NCBI GenBank assembly: GCA_964016885.1
Contig: OZ024745.1
Span: 112,468,001 to 112,532,000 of the forward strand
Length of the DNA stretch: 64,000 bases
Origin: Eledone cirrhosa
Taxonomy: Eukaryota
Direction: 5' to 3'
Position 1 is the first letter of the stretch. Every line of letters starts with the position of its first letter. The translations under genes and the position numbers were made by a program. The notes under the pieces were generated by a model that worked only from the letters and a program-made list of their open reading frames with translations, made no database searches and was not told the origin of the DNA. Shown in pieces: positions 27,192 to 40,440 of the stretch.

Positions 27192-28889
27192 ATACATACA
27201 GAGAGAGATGGAGAGAGGGTGGGAAGTGAAAGTGAGACAGTAAAATAGAGAGAGTGGGGGGAGGATAAAGGGAGGAGAGAGAGAGAGAGAGAAGAGGGTG
27301 ATATGGGTTTAGTGAGGCTGTCCTGCTATAGAACACAACATGCAGGGAGACAAAGTCTTGATTCAATATGTTGTCCTCATGACCCAATAGTTAATGGGTC
27401 ACACAATGAAAACATAATGAAAGACAAACGTGCACTAAACGTACATAGAGAAGCGGTTCGAATTACACGTGCATTATATTTTTAATATAAATGTCAGGTT
27501 GTCTTTTATACGAACGAATATAAACGCCCATTTAGCAATAGTAAAAAGAAACTGTCTTTGTTACAAAATGTAGTTACCTTGCCCCTTTTGTACTTTCTTT
27601 TATACTTCCAACCATTCATTTCCTCGCAAATGTTCCTCTTTCTCTACTCCCCTTACTCAGTTGTTTGAATAAAACTATTTATTTATTTATTTTATTTATT
27701 TATATTCATTCCTTTATTTAATACTTGTGTCTTTATTAATGGTAGGGTATGATAAAATCGCTAGAATGCTCAACTTTATGCCATGCAGTATCTAGTTATG
27801 TTATTTTAGGTTCTGAGTTCAAATCCCGCTGTCGTTGGCTCTTGCCATCTTTCGTTTATTTCACCTTTTATTTTTCCGGGGTTAATAAAACAAAAACAAA
27901 TAAACGTCTGATATCAATATAATAGATTCTTCCTTCTCAAAATGTCTGGCACTCTTTTTACGTTAGAAACCATAATTTGTTTGTATAATATTAGGGGCAT
28001 TGATTTGCAGAATTGTTTGTGTGTCGAACGAATGCTTTGCGGTATTTAGTTACGGTTTTTACACACTGACTCCAGCTTTACCTTTCGTCCTTCCTGGGTC
28101 GATAAAATTAGTAAAAGTTAAATACCAAGTCGATATAAATCCTCTTTTTTCCTCCACTCGCTCAGATTTCTGATCGTGTGTCTACTATAAAAACTATTAA
28201 TTGGAGCGGTTTATAGCAAAATCGGTAGAGGGAAGTAGTTGAATGATGTCAGTTTATTACAAAGGTTATTAATGTCGAGTATAGCTGTAGCACAAAGACA
28301 TCATACACCTGGATTTTGACTCCAATCTTTCAATTATATACTGACTATTGATACATATAATCACTCATCTACTGTTTAAACATACGCTCACTCATCTACT
28401 GGTTGTTGATACACATTCATTCATCTATTCACTGTTGATTTACACAGGGTCACTCTTAATGACTGCTGATACTGTCACACATCTACTGGCCGAGTGTACA
28501 GTCACGCCCCTATTCCCTGGCGAAACATTTAGTTTCACCCATCAATTGACTGTTGATATATACAGTCTCACCTAAATTTTCCTCTAAAACAATCTGAACC
28601 CCGTTTGAAAGGCTGAACCCCGTTTGAAAGGCACTATATTTCACTTGAGTGGTCACCAGCGATAATGATGTTATGGCATCTGTGTTTAGTTACTCTATAA
28701 CCAAGCTAGATCCCAGTTTACTGGTAGACTGTGAAAAATATATTGAGTGAAAGAAATGATCACTAATAATAAACAGTTTTGTCTTATCTTTTATTTTCGG
28801 ATACTATCATTAATTTAAAATAGCAATCTTTACAGGGGATTTTAAAGAATTTTAAACATTGATAGATTGACAAGTTGAACAAACTGAAT

Positions 28890-29485
28890 TGAGTTACCTT
28901 AACGTTCTGAGTTCAAATCCCACCAAGGTTAGCTTTGCCTTTCATCCTTACGGATTTGTTAAAATAAGGCACCAGTAAGTACTGAGGTCGATTTAATACA
29001 CCCTCCCCCTTCTCTTCAAATTGCTGGCCTTGTGCCTAAAGTAGAAACTATTATTATTATTATTGTTAGGGCGGTGAATTGGCAGTATCGGTAGAGGGTC
29101 GGACACCCTGCTTTTCAGCATAGTTACATCCCTTTACGATCTGAGTTCAAATCCTGCCGAGGTTGATTTTGCCTTTCATCCTTACGGGGTCGATAAAATA
29201 AAGTACCAGTAATGCACTGGGTAATTGCTGGCCTTGTGCCTAAAGTAGAAACAATTATTATTGTTAGGGGGGGTGGATTGGCAGTATCGGTAGAGCGTCG
29301 AGCAACATGCTTTGTGGCATCGAGTTACGGCCCTTTACGTTCTGTGTTCAAATCCCGACATGGTTACCTTTGCTTTTCATCCTTACAGGGTTGACAAAAC
29401 AAAGCACCAGTAATGCACTACGGTCAATTTAATAGTCTTTCCCCCTCCCCTTCAAATTGCTAGCCTTGTGCCTAAAGTAGAAATA
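28890..29485 (+). mobile_element. Three tandem SINE family 1 copies (long-short-long)
   Basis: The middle copy (about 29069-29262) is flanked by the duplication ATTATTATTGTTAGG. Confidence 0.85.
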
Positions 29486-29767
29486 CCAACAGAATTATTA
29501 TTGCTGTTGTAGCTCTTGTTGTTAATATTGTTATTCCTCCACAAATAAAATACACTATAGTTACTATTAAAAGGGATAGAATATAGTAGTGTTCGTGATA
29601 TCCGTTGAATATTTAGGACCAATCTAGGATTGAATGAAGAATATATAACTCATCAATGTTTATTTTCTTCTTTTCCTATGTTAAGTATGGATGGGAATAC
29701 AACTAAATTAAAACAAATCAGAGCAAACAGTTATTTTAGTCCTGATAATGCAGTTCTACTTCGATAT

Positions 29768-29969
29768 ATTGTTTTCCTATCCGCTCTCTTGCTCTGGAAC
29801 CCTGACTCCAGCCTGACTAGGAGTAGGAAGCTGTCATTCCCTGACGTTATCTCTAGGGATACCGGAATCAGCAGACAGGACCTGGGGGCAGCGATGGGGG
29901 ACAGGGGATTCTGGGGCATGAGAGTGAGATCCATCATCTCGACAGTAGTCGACGAGTGATGATGATGTG
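29768..29969 (+). mobile_element. 3' end of an RTE-group LINE
   Basis: LLLWNPD...RKLSFPDVISRDTG...L..AMGDRGFW...V-stop followed by a (TGA)n tail, typical of RTE C-termini. Confidence 0.7.
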
Positions 29970-30013
29970 ATATTGTTTTCTTTTTCTGTGATGTATTGAT
30001 ATCCTGCTAAACG

Positions 30014-30230
30014 AATAAAGCAATAATTGTTTCTACTTTTGGCACAAGGCCAGCAATTATCCCAGTGTATTACTAGTACTTTATTTTATCGACCCCGTAA
30101 GGATGAAAGGCAAAGTTAACCTCGGCGGGATTTGAACTCAGAATGGCAAGGGCCGTATCTCTATGCGTCAAAGCATGGCGTCTGACCCTCTACTGATACT
30201 GCCAATCCACCACCCAAATAAAGCAATAAT
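30014..30230 (-). mobile_element. Full-length SINE family 1 with TSD
   Basis: TSD AATAAAGCAATAAT on both sides. Confidence 0.9.
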
Positions 30231-30368
30231 AAAATTAATACCAATGACATATCAGTGCTGTTGCATCCACATTTTTTATATTGTTATAATATATAATATA
30301 TATACAATCTGTTGCTTTCCGTTTACTTTTCGCGCGCACGCACACACAGACACATATATATATATATA

Positions 30369-30430
30369 ATATCGGTTTCAACACACGATTTCAGATAAAG
30401 AATCTTGCTAAACAAATTCAGAAACGAAAT
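30369..30430 (+). mobile_element. Terminal ~60 nt of the PLE found at 39394-40465
   Basis: Near-identical to the reverse complement of 39394-39456. Both copies end at the same base against (TA)n. Confidence 0.75.
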
Positions 30431-30478
30431 ATACATATATATATATATATATCCTGTGTGAGTGCGTGTGCGTGTGCA

Positions 30479-30622
<144 letters not shown>

Positions 30623-31363
30623 CCACCGTTGGATTCGGAGACATAGGCCGCGAAACACGATCATCACTAACAACGAACTGGCAGAGAGAATCCCTTATGG
30701 TTGATTCCCAACCTGCTAGAAATAGCAGTCAGGTTGGTTAGCATACGTGGTATGTCTTTCTTCTTCTTTGGTGTTATAAAATTAGTATCAATAAACTTTC
30801 TTGGATATACTCTTATCCCAATCCTGTACAAACTTTCCGATTGTCACTTCGTTTTTTTCGTGTGATACGCGAAGGAACCAACCAACAAACATCTCTCTTT
30901 TATATCTCTTTTATTTGTTCATTCAAAATATTTTTCAGCTAATACTGTCGTACAATATACACCAGCAATCGTTATCTAATGTTTAAAACATATGAATAGC
31001 TGTGATATATGCACCATATCAATCAAAAACGATATGAGAATTGAATACCATACTAAAGCGCCAGTAATCTTGCTAAGAACCTGCAGAGAGAAATGTTAAT
31101 AAATACAACATTTGGCTTGGGTAAACTTTAAGATGTTCTTTCATTGTAGGTTTCTTTTCTTCTTCTCTCCTTCCTCTCCTCTTCCTTAGCTCACCCTAGA
31201 GCATCCTACATACAATTGACCATGGTTTTCCCAGATGAAGGCCAGCCACTTTTAGGGTTTGACCCTGAGCTTTGTTGATTGTAATCGCGAAGCTTAGTCT
31301 CTCTGTTGCTTACAGAGCTTAGTTTTGTTTACAAACAGCGAAGAATTTGAAAATTATATATAT

Positions 31364-31463
<100 letters not shown>

Positions 31464-31761
31464 CCATATTTCTTCTTAGCTTCGTACGGACCTATGATAA
31501 CACACACACACACACACACACACAACCACATGCTTACGCACGTACTCAATTATAGCTCTTTTTACAAAACGTTTTTTTTTCATTTCAGATAGACGCGCTC
31601 CATCATCCACTTTTCTAAAAAATAAATCATACACAAAACGCCATCGCCAACAGTTTTGCAAGAGATGTCAACATGAATGGACCTGTTATTTATATCTAAA
31701 GACATTTTTTTCCAATTCCATCCGGTCCGTTCCCTCAATCTATCTTATTTCTCATTCTTTC

Positions 31762-31793
31762 TTCTGCTGAAGGACTAGCGTCCGAAACGTTAA
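31762..31793 (+). ncRNA. Decayed minimal hammerhead (core CTGCTGA)
   Basis: CTGCTGA-AGGAC(TAGC)GTCC-GAAA-CG-TT. One core substitution. The downstream tail is shared with 39285-39322. Confidence 0.4.
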
Positions 31794-31876
31794 CACCCTC
31801 TTTCTGCTATATCAAGCGTTAACCTAATATATAACTTCCATATACTGTACCGATTGTGTTGTTATTTCTGTTTACC

Positions 31877-31962
<86 letters not shown>

Positions 31963-32021
31963 CAAGGCTCTGGTACCATCAACACCATAAACACAGAGCT
32001 GGCATATCTAAGAACTGACTA

Positions 32022-32077
32022 ACTGCCTGATGAGGTCATAGCCATTCAATGGCTATCATCGAAATATATATAGCAGT
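32022..32077 (+). ncRNA. Type I hammerhead ribozyme
   Basis: ACTGC-CTGATGA-GGTCATAGCCAT(TCA)ATGGCTATCATC-GAAA-TATATA-TA-GCAGT. Lies in a ~165-bp island between TA tracts. Confidence 0.9.
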
Positions 32078-32262
32078 AGATAAAGGATTATGAGTTCATG
32101 CAATTGACTTATGTTTCGTCACTATATATATACATTTATATATATATATATAGTAATAATAATAAATTTGAAGACTAAAATCCAAAGAGGGCTCGATAAG
32201 GATAAATATATATCAAATATATAAGAACCGTAGAGCAAATATTTATTAAAATAACAGATTAA

Positions 32263-32313
32263 AGTTTAAGCAAAGAATCGCTGCTTTCACCCTTAACGGG
32301 ATCTTCTGAAACT
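32263..32313 (-). ncRNA. Hammerhead-like motif with variant core CAGAAGA (U4A)
   Basis: AGTTT-CAGAAGA-TCCC(GTTAA)GGGT-GAAA-GCAG(CGATTCT)TTGC-TT-AAACT. All three helices form. Confidence 0.65.
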
Positions 32314-32755
32314 AACAAAGTCAATCTGTAAACGCAGAAGTGGATATTTCAAAAAACGTTGCAACCGGAGGAAGACAGGAAGACGATACTTTGGTTCGTG
32401 GAAACGTTCGGTGGCGAAGAACGGGAAAAAACGAATATAATACGTCATTAATAGGAGCGGTGAAAAACAATTACGCGCAAAGACTTCTGTTATAAAAGAG
32501 GTCGTAGACTAATGTTCTCTTAGGTGGTTCATAGAGACGTTCTCTGGCAATGAACGAAAAAAACGAAGATAATACGTCATATGTGGTTCTGTCTTTGCGC
32601 GTAATTGTTTTTCACCGCTCCTGACGTATTATATTCGTTTTTTCCCGTTCTTTGCCAGGGAACGTTTCCACGAACCAAAGTATCGTCTTCCTGTCTTCCT
32701 CCGGTTGCAACGTTTTTTGAAATATTTACTTCTGCGTTTACAGATTGACTTTGTT

Positions 32756-32806
32756 AGTTTCAGAAGATCCCGTTAAGGGTGAAAACAGCGATTCTTTGCT
32801 TAAACT
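32756..32806 (+). ncRNA. Inverted twin of the CAGAAGA hammerhead-like motif
   Basis: Same as 32263-32313 with one helix III mismatch. Confidence 0.55.
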
Positions 32807-32822
32807 TTAATCTGTTATTTTA

Positions 32823-32889
<67 letters not shown>

Positions 32890-32941
32890 ATACAGGGCTT
32901 AGCTTTGTTTATAAACAGCGGAGAATTTGAAAATTATATAT

Positions 32942-33068
<127 letters not shown>

Positions 33069-33265
33069 CTCTACGGTTCTTATATATTTGATATATATTT
33101 ATCCTTATCGAGCCCTCTTTGGATTTTAGTCTTCAAATTTATTATTATTACTATATATATATATATAAATATATACACACACGCTTAGTATTGAGGGTCA
33201 GGAGAATTGAGTACGAATTGCTATAGTAACGATTAATATATTCTTTATTAAGGTAAAGTTATATA

Positions 33266-33356
33266 TAATTATTTAATATAGAAACAGGGCTAGAACTGTT
33301 TCTTTCATACGAAGCACTTCCAGTCCTGTAGAAGCCATTTCTATATTAAATAATTG
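33266..33356. repeat. Imperfect fold-back of two HHR 3' halves (family of 33752)
   Basis: AATTATTTAATATAGAAA / TTTCTATATTAAATAATT arms enclosing an inverted GAAACAGTTCTAGCCCTG and CAGTCCTGTAG. Confidence 0.55.
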
Positions 33357-33482
33357 TTTCTAATTTAGGCACAAGGCCAGCAATTACACAGTGCATTACT
33401 GGTACTTTATTTTATCGATCCCGTAAGGATGAAAGGCAAAGTCAACCTCGGCGGGATTTGAACTCAGATCGTAAAGGGACGT
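33350..33482 (-). mobile_element. 5'-truncated SINE family 1
   Basis: Matches the family consensus. Confidence 0.85.
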
Positions 33483-33523
33483 ATAATGATGTTTACAATC
33501 TGCTAATGTATTGAGTAGCTTTT

Positions 33524-33581
<58 letters not shown>

Positions 33582-33649
33582 CATATATGAATGTGTGTGT
33601 GTAGATCGCGAGTATAATCGGATGTAAACACAGTTTAAAAAGCTACTCA

Positions 33650-33689
<40 letters not shown>

Positions 33690-33751
33690 ATACACATAAT
33701 GAATATTTGGTACAAAAGAGTTGTACAAGACTAGAATTGTTTCATTCGTTT

Positions 33752-33806
33752 GAAATAATCCTGATGAGTTCAAAAGAACGAAACAGTTCTAGTCCTGTAG
33801 AATTTC
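33752..33806 (+). ncRNA. Type I hammerhead ribozyme
   Basis: GAAATAATC-CTGATGA-GTTC(AAAA)GAAC-GAAA-CAG(TTCTAGTC)CTG-TA-GAATTTC. Helix I is bulged. An inverted HHR half lies immediately upstream (33724-33747). Confidence 0.75.
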
Positions 33807-33913
33807 TATATGAAATAAATTTGTACCATCCATGCTAATATACTGGGTACCTTATTTAATGTACTTCGTACATTCTAAGCTAATTTACTAGGTACTTTAT
33901 GAGGTTCTCTTAC

Positions 33914-33940
33914 GCTCCTCTTCCGAAAACCATTTCTTAT
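33914..33940 (-). CDS. Candidate 27-nt micro-exon
   Basis: ttcccttgtacag/ATAAGAAATGGTTTTCGGAAGAGGAGC/gtaaga. Phase-1 reading KKWFSEEE is compatible with the 26991 exon. Confidence 0.2.
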
Positions 33941-34454
33941 CTGTACAAGGGAATAGCAAAGTCTGATACAGCTTGGCAATAGTGTCATTTAGACTCATTT
34001 TTATAAGCTGAGTGGATTAAAGAAACATAAAATAAAATATCTGGCTCAAGAACACAACATGCTGCTTGATCTGGAAATCAAACTCTTGACCTTACAATTG
34101 AGAGCCGAATACTTTTACCACTTGACCATGCACCTTTAAGTCTAGTTTATCATCACAATTCTGAATTGAAGTCCTACAGGTGGTTACAACATTTTAATGC
34201 ATTTCTTATCTGTATGTACTCACGCGCGTACACACATATGTATTTGTATATATACATATCTATAGAATATAAAAGTTTGGTAGATATGTAAGAAATAAAA
34301 AGATAAAAAAATAAAGCTAAAAATATGAAATGTTGGTAACTTTGGGAAATATAGAATCTTGAACTGTTTGCTTGGTGTTACAGTATCAGAATTTCGTCGC
34401 CACTTCTATCAGAGATTTTCTGCGAATTGTGTTGTCGGTATTTTCAGCCTTTCA

Positions 34455-34717
34455 AATAATTGTTTCTACTTTAGGCACAATGCCAGCAATTAACCAGTGC
34501 ATTACTGGTACTTTATTTTATCGACCCCGTAAGGATGAAAGGCAAAGTTAACCTCGGCGGGATTTGAACTCAAATAATTGTTTCTACTTTTTGGCACAAG
34601 GCCAGCAATTACTCCGTGCATTACTGGTACTTTATTTTATCGACCCCGTAAGGATGAAAGGCAAAGTTAACCTCGGCGGGATTTGAACTCAGAATGGCAA
34701 GGACCGTAACTCTTTGC
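34455..34717 (-). mobile_element. Two tandem 5'-truncated SINE family 1 copies
   Basis: Both begin at TCAAATAATTGTTTCTAC on the plus strand. Confidence 0.85.
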
Positions 34718-34879
34718 TAATAAAAAAAAAATAGTAACGGTGATTCTACAATTAAAGCCGCAAAGTATATCAAATTATTGGCAAAACATGAAGGCCAACA
34801 GTGACTGCGCACTGTATAGGAACAAAAACCATTGTATGTGTAGTATATTCTTCGGAGTAAAGAACCTGATGTAGATAAA

Positions 34880-35720
34880 GCTCTCACCAATCAGTGGTTG
34901 TGGGGTTCTGGGCTAAAAGCAGAGAGTCAGGGCTTCATTTTGGCTGCACAAGACTAGTGTCTCCCAAATGCATAACTTTGAAGCAAATGTGTTCAGAAAT
35001 GGAATTGGCCGAAAGTCTCGATTCTGTGATGATCGTGTTGAGACCATTGACCACCTGCCTGCAAAGTATTAGCTGGCCAGGAATATAAAACGAGGCATGA
35101 TTGAGTGGGGCAACACTTACAATGGGTAATGTGCAAATTTTATGGTCTGAAAACGGAGGGAAAAGGTACAACTATCATCCAGATGCAGTAACAGGAGGTT
35201 AGAACGTAACAATCCTCTGGGATTTCCCTGTAAATACTGACAGAACAATCAAAGCCAGCTGACATGTTTCTTAATTGACATAAACATTCCATCAGATCGT
35301 AACATCTCCTCGAAAGAATTCAGAAAGCTCAGTAAGTATAAAAAGCTATCAATTGAAATTGAAATTGAGAAAATGTGGCATCATAAGGCCTATACAAACC
35401 AGTGATAGTCGGCGCAGATGGAATGATAAAAAAGGGTACTGAAAAATATTTGGACCGGATACCTGGAAAGCCATCTCTACAAGGGATACAGAAAATAGTG
35501 CTGACTGGTACTGTCCATGTCCTGAGAAGAGCATTATCAATTTAAATACCTTGCAAAGACATTTACTGTTGTTTGTACCCCTGTGGCATCAATTGCATGA
35601 CAATTGATTGTAAAATGTGTGTATTATCAAACTTTGCCTCAGGCGCCATGTTGACACTGGGGATGATTTGGGAAAGAAGCAGAACTCAAAGGAAGTTTCA
35701 AATTATCATAATAATAATAA
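34880..35720 (+). mobile_element. Decayed 3' part of an R4/Dong-like non-LTR retrotransposon (REL endonuclease region) with (ATA)n tail
   Basis: Frameshifted motifs WLWGSGLKAESQGFILAAQD, ETIDHL, EYKTRHD, ILWDFPVNTDRTIKA, LIDINIP, IQKIVLTGTVHVLRRAL. Confidence 0.8.
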
Positions 35721-36113
35721 TAATTGTTTCTACTTTTGGCACAAGGCCAGCAATTACCCAGTACATTACTGCTACTTTATTTTATCGACCCCGTAAGGAT
35801 GAAAGGCAAAGTTAACCTCGGCGGGATTTGAACTCAGAATGGCAAGGGCAGTAACTCTATGCGTCAAAGCATGGTGTCCGATCCTCTACCGATACTGCCA
35901 ATCCACCGTATCATAATAATAATAATGCCTTCTAGTATAGGCACCAGGCCAGTAATTTCGTGGGAGGGGAAAGTTGATTACATCGGCCCGAGTGTATTTT
36001 AATGAACTCGTAAGGATGAAAGGGGAGATTTGAACTCGGAACGCAAAAGGCCATTACTCTATGCCGCAAAGTATGTTGTCCAATTCTCTACCGATTCTGC
36101 CAATCCATCGCCT
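35704..36113 (-). mobile_element. Young short SINE (TSD TATCATAATAATAATAAT) next to an older long SINE
   Basis: TSD at about 35704-35721 and 35909-35926. Confidence 0.85.
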
Positions 36114-36651
36114 TCACTATCATAATAATAATCTTTTTGTACCATCATAAAATTGCATATAACAATAAATATATATATCATATGAATGGATTGGAAGAGA
36201 GGAAGAGATCCGCTTTGGCAGAGCGTTTAAAAAATGAATCTGGAACACAGCATCTTTAGAATAGAACAAAGCAGAATGATTAAAGAAAGAAAAATCATAT
36301 CACGGGAAATGAATTTATGGCAATTCCTATCTTTTATCGCTCGACATATATCGCTGACATAAGCCGACCCGATATAAATTAAAATGTTCATTTAATTTTC
36401 TCTTAAATCCTTCTTATCCGGCTTCAGTTGGCAAGTTTTTCCTGAATTCTATTTCAAATCCTTAACAATATGACATACGTGCTATTTATTTTTTTACGTT
36501 GAAATCAGTTTCCTAGAACCATTTTAATTGATGCTGCCAGCTTTTATTCTATGTTTGTTTCATATTACATTTTCACTGTGTTTTCAAATACCCAAAGGCA
36601 CATTAATTCTGAATCTGAGCCCATTGCTGTGCCTCTTCCTCCTTGGCAACT

Positions 36652-36711
<60 letters not shown>

Positions 36712-36715
36712 CACA

Positions 36716-36793
<78 letters not shown>

Positions 36794-37057
36794 ATATCTC
36801 TCTCTCTTTCTCTATATCTCTCTCTCACACACACACACTCACTCTGTCTCTTTCTCTCTCTCTCTCTCTCTCATACGCACACACTCACATAAACACACAC
36901 ACACACACACACTCTCTTTCTCTCTCTCTCTCTCTCTTTCTCTATATCTCTCTCACACACACACACACTCACTCTGTCTCTTTCTCTCTATCTCTCTCTC
37001 TCTCTCTCATACGCACACACTCACATAAACACACACACACCCTCTCTCTTTCTCTCC

Positions 37058-37094
<37 letters not shown>

Positions 37095-37305
37095 TCACTC
37101 TCTTTCTCTCTCTCACACACTCATACAAACACACTCACACAAACACACACACACACAAACTCACACACAGAAACACGCACACACTCACGTCCATATATCC
37201 GCGCACACACACACAGGCTCGCACGACTATCCACATACACACACGCACGTATTCACATACACATGCACATACGCAGACACATACACACGCATGCATGCAC
37301 ACACG

Positions 37306-37341
<36 letters not shown>

Positions 37342-37563
37342 CATGCATATCAGCACGTACACGCACACATATGCACACGTATCAGCACTTACACACGTAA
37401 ATGCATACCCATTGTTCTTTTTTTCTGTCTTTCTTTCACCAGCACGCTTCCAAGTATGATGATGTCATCAAGATGTCGTCTGATTGTGCAGGACAATATT
37501 ATTGAAACAGAAATATAAGCTTTAGGATGAAAAACAACAACAAAAACAGACTAATAAATAAAT

Positions 37564-38366
37564 AAATAAATGTTACAATAATAATTGTTTCTACTTTAGG
37601 CACATGGCCAGCAATTATCCCAGTGTATTACTGGTACTTTATTTTATGTTACAATAATAATAATAATTGTTTCTACTTTTGGCACAAGGCCAGCAATTAT
37701 CCCAGTACATTACTGGTACTTTATTTTATGTTACAATGATAATAATAATTGTTTCTACTTTTGGCACAAGGCCAGCAATTATCCCAGTGTATTACTGGTA
37801 CTTTATTTTATGTTACAACAATAATAATAATTGTTTCTACTTTAGGCAGAAGGCCAGCAATTATCCCAGTGTATTACTGGTACTTTATTTTATGTTACAA
37901 TAATAATAATAATTGTTTCTACTTTAGGCAGAAGGCCAGCAATTATCCCAGTGTATTACTGGTACTTTATTTTATGTTACAATGATAATAATAATTGTTT
38001 CTACTTTAGGCACAAGGCCAGCAATTACCCAGTACATTACTGGTACTTTATTTTATGTTACAATGATAATAATAATTGTTTCTACTTTTGGCACAAGGCC
38101 AGCAATTATCCCAGTGTATTACTGGTACTTTATTTTATGTTACAACAATAATAATAATTGTTTCTACTTTAGGCACAAGGCCAGCAACTATCCCAGTGTA
38201 TTACTGGTACTTTATTTTATCGACCCCCGTAAGGATGAAAGGCAAAGTTAACCTCGGCGGGATTTGAACTCAGACCGTAAAGAGGCGTAACTCTATGCTG
38301 CAAAGCATTGCGTTCGACCCTCTACCGATACTGCTAATCCACCTAAATAAATGTTACAATAATAAT
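37564..38366 (-). repeat. Tandem array of seven ~82-bp SINE-3'-end/target-site units followed by a full SINE
   Basis: GTTACAA anchors at 37572, 37648, 37730, 37812, 37894, 37976, 38057 and 38139. TSD AAATAAATGTTACAATAATAAT on both sides. Confidence 0.9.
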
Positions 38367-38539
38367 AATAATAATGATTTCATTTATTAGCCACAAGGGC
38401 CGACATGTAGGGGACAATAATAATAATAATAATAGTGACAATCATAATAACGGCAATAATAATAATAAAAAAAAGGAAACAAAGGGAAAGAAAGAATAGG
38501 GAAATATAGAGAAGAAAGAGAAAAAAGAAAGAAGAAAAA

Positions 38540-38790
38540 GAACGGGAAGGGGAGGGCATTGCAAGAGCTCTGGTGTCGCAGAAGAGAGGGGATAGGTGAA
38601 GGGGGAAGGTGAATGGGCTTTGGGCCTAGGGCAAGTGGGAAGAAGTGCTGCACCCCGCGGACAATACACTCGCTGCAACAGCCACCCAACCTCGTGCGGC
38701 TCCCTCCTCAGACGGGCCGCCGACGTGACGACCTTGCGGAGGAACCCGGCAGTACGGGGTCCAAGTACTCCTGAGGTCTCGACGGTGACA
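38540..38790 (-). mobile_element. 3' fragment of a CRE-like non-LTR retrotransposon
   Basis: VTVETSGVLGPRTAGFLRKV...REPHEVGWLLQRV matches the AVET.G..GP REL C-terminal motif also seen at 52.1 kb. Confidence 0.65.
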
Positions 38791-39319
38791 ATAAATAAAT
38801 ACATAAATAAATACATAAATAAATAAACGAATAAATACATAAATAACTTCCTACCAACGAAATTATAGACTATAAATACTATACATATCGTTAACTGGAG
38901 ATGTCCGACTGTCAAGGAAAGATGGCTGCTGCTTTGAAACCCGATCTTGTTCTTGTAGATTCTGCAGTCTTATTCTATATTTACCGTCGTTTCTCTACCT
39001 TCATATTGTATTAGTTGTTGTTGTGATTGTTTTACCTTGCACATCACTTTACTTTTCCTTTCCCTTATAATCTACTCGCCTTATTTTCTTTGTTATCACA
39101 CGTTTATGAAACAAACACTGAATCAAGGAACAAACGTTAACACATACAACGAAGCTATATTTAAAAGCGACTTCCAACGACATATTTATGAATTCAGTGA
39201 AGATTATGTGCATCACAAAGAATATATTTTATTGAAGTATATTTTAACGAAAAGCAATGCAGTATATCGTATATATATAACATGTGAAACGTTAAGAACC
39301 TGCTATATCAAGCGTTAAA

Positions 39320-39396
<77 letters not shown>

Positions 39397-39608
39397 CGTT
39401 TCTGAATTTGTTTAGCAAGATCCTTTATCTGAAATCGTGTGTTGAAACCGATATTGGTATACTTTGGGAGGGTCATGTTGCTAATAAGAAACACACGCAC
39501 CAGTTGCTTTCACTTCAATTTATTATATATTTATAAATTTATAAATTTATAAATCTATACATTTCTGGTTGGTTGGTTGCTTCCACAACCAGATAGTTGT
39601 TTATATAT

Positions 39609-39653
39609 AGTCATAGTTCTTTCGTCACACACTCTGTGACCTCTTCAGTGACT
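39609..39653 (-). ncRNA. Minimal type I hammerhead ribozyme
   Basis: AGTCA-CTGAAGA-GGTCACA(GAGTG)TGTGAC-GAAA-GAAC-TA-TGACT. Confidence 0.9.
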
Positions 39654-39853
39654 GGGGATTCCTTTCTTTGTTTCTGTGCCTCTCCTTTGTTCTGTCCTAC
39701 GCCATTTTGTTTCTGTGTGTGTGTTGTGTGCTCAGTCTGCGCATGCGCCACATCCGGGTGTCTGTGTGTGTTTATGTTCATTTATTTGTTTGTTTATTTA
39801 CATGTTACTGGTTGGTTGTTTGTTCTATGTGTGTGTGTGTTTTCATTTTGTCC

Positions 39854-40440
39854 TTAATTGTAAGTTGTGATGTTGCTGTTCCACTCATATTTTCTATTTA
39901 ATTTTGGTTGTAATTCTTTTATGTTTATTGCCTCTGTAATTTGTCTAAACATTGCGTCTTTTCTGTGTGTAGATTCTATTTTTATTTCTATGTTCTCTAA
40001 TTTACCCTTGTGTTCTATCTTAGCATGTTGGTAGAGTACAGATGATTCTTTATTATCTTGAAGGTCTCGCCAGTGTTCATTTATCCGTTCCCCTACACTA
40101 CGAGCTGTCTCACCTATGTACACTATATTTTTGTCTCTACATTGTCCTTCAGTACATCTTATGCTATACACTACATTTCTAGTTTTACAGTTAATATGGG
40201 GGCTTATTTTACAGGTTATACATTTCTTATCTATACATGAGGGTCTTTGAAAAGGGTATGTCTTGCTAATAAGTGTTTTTACGGAGGTACCTGGTCTTTC
40301 TACTATCTTAATATTGAGTTTATGTTTATTTAGGGCCCTTCTAAATTTGTAAGCTAATTCACCTCTAGGGGTTGTATTGATGAACATTACACTCTGGTAT
40401 TTATTGCTATCATACCATGAGTTTATTCTATTAGCCTTGT
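39854..40440 (-). pseudogene. PLE linker plus GIY-YIG endonuclease (possibly Nematis-like), 5'-truncated
   Basis: C..KKC..C...NCKTRNVVYSIRC...C...YIGETARSVGERINEH...LYQHAKIEH...RQITEA...PKLN, with the canonical VVY/YIG, R, H, E and N residues. Confidence 0.9.

Noticed and set aside
37564-38366. CRISPR-like array or repetitive ORFs
   Set aside because: The units are SINE 3' ends plus target sequence, with no unique spacers.
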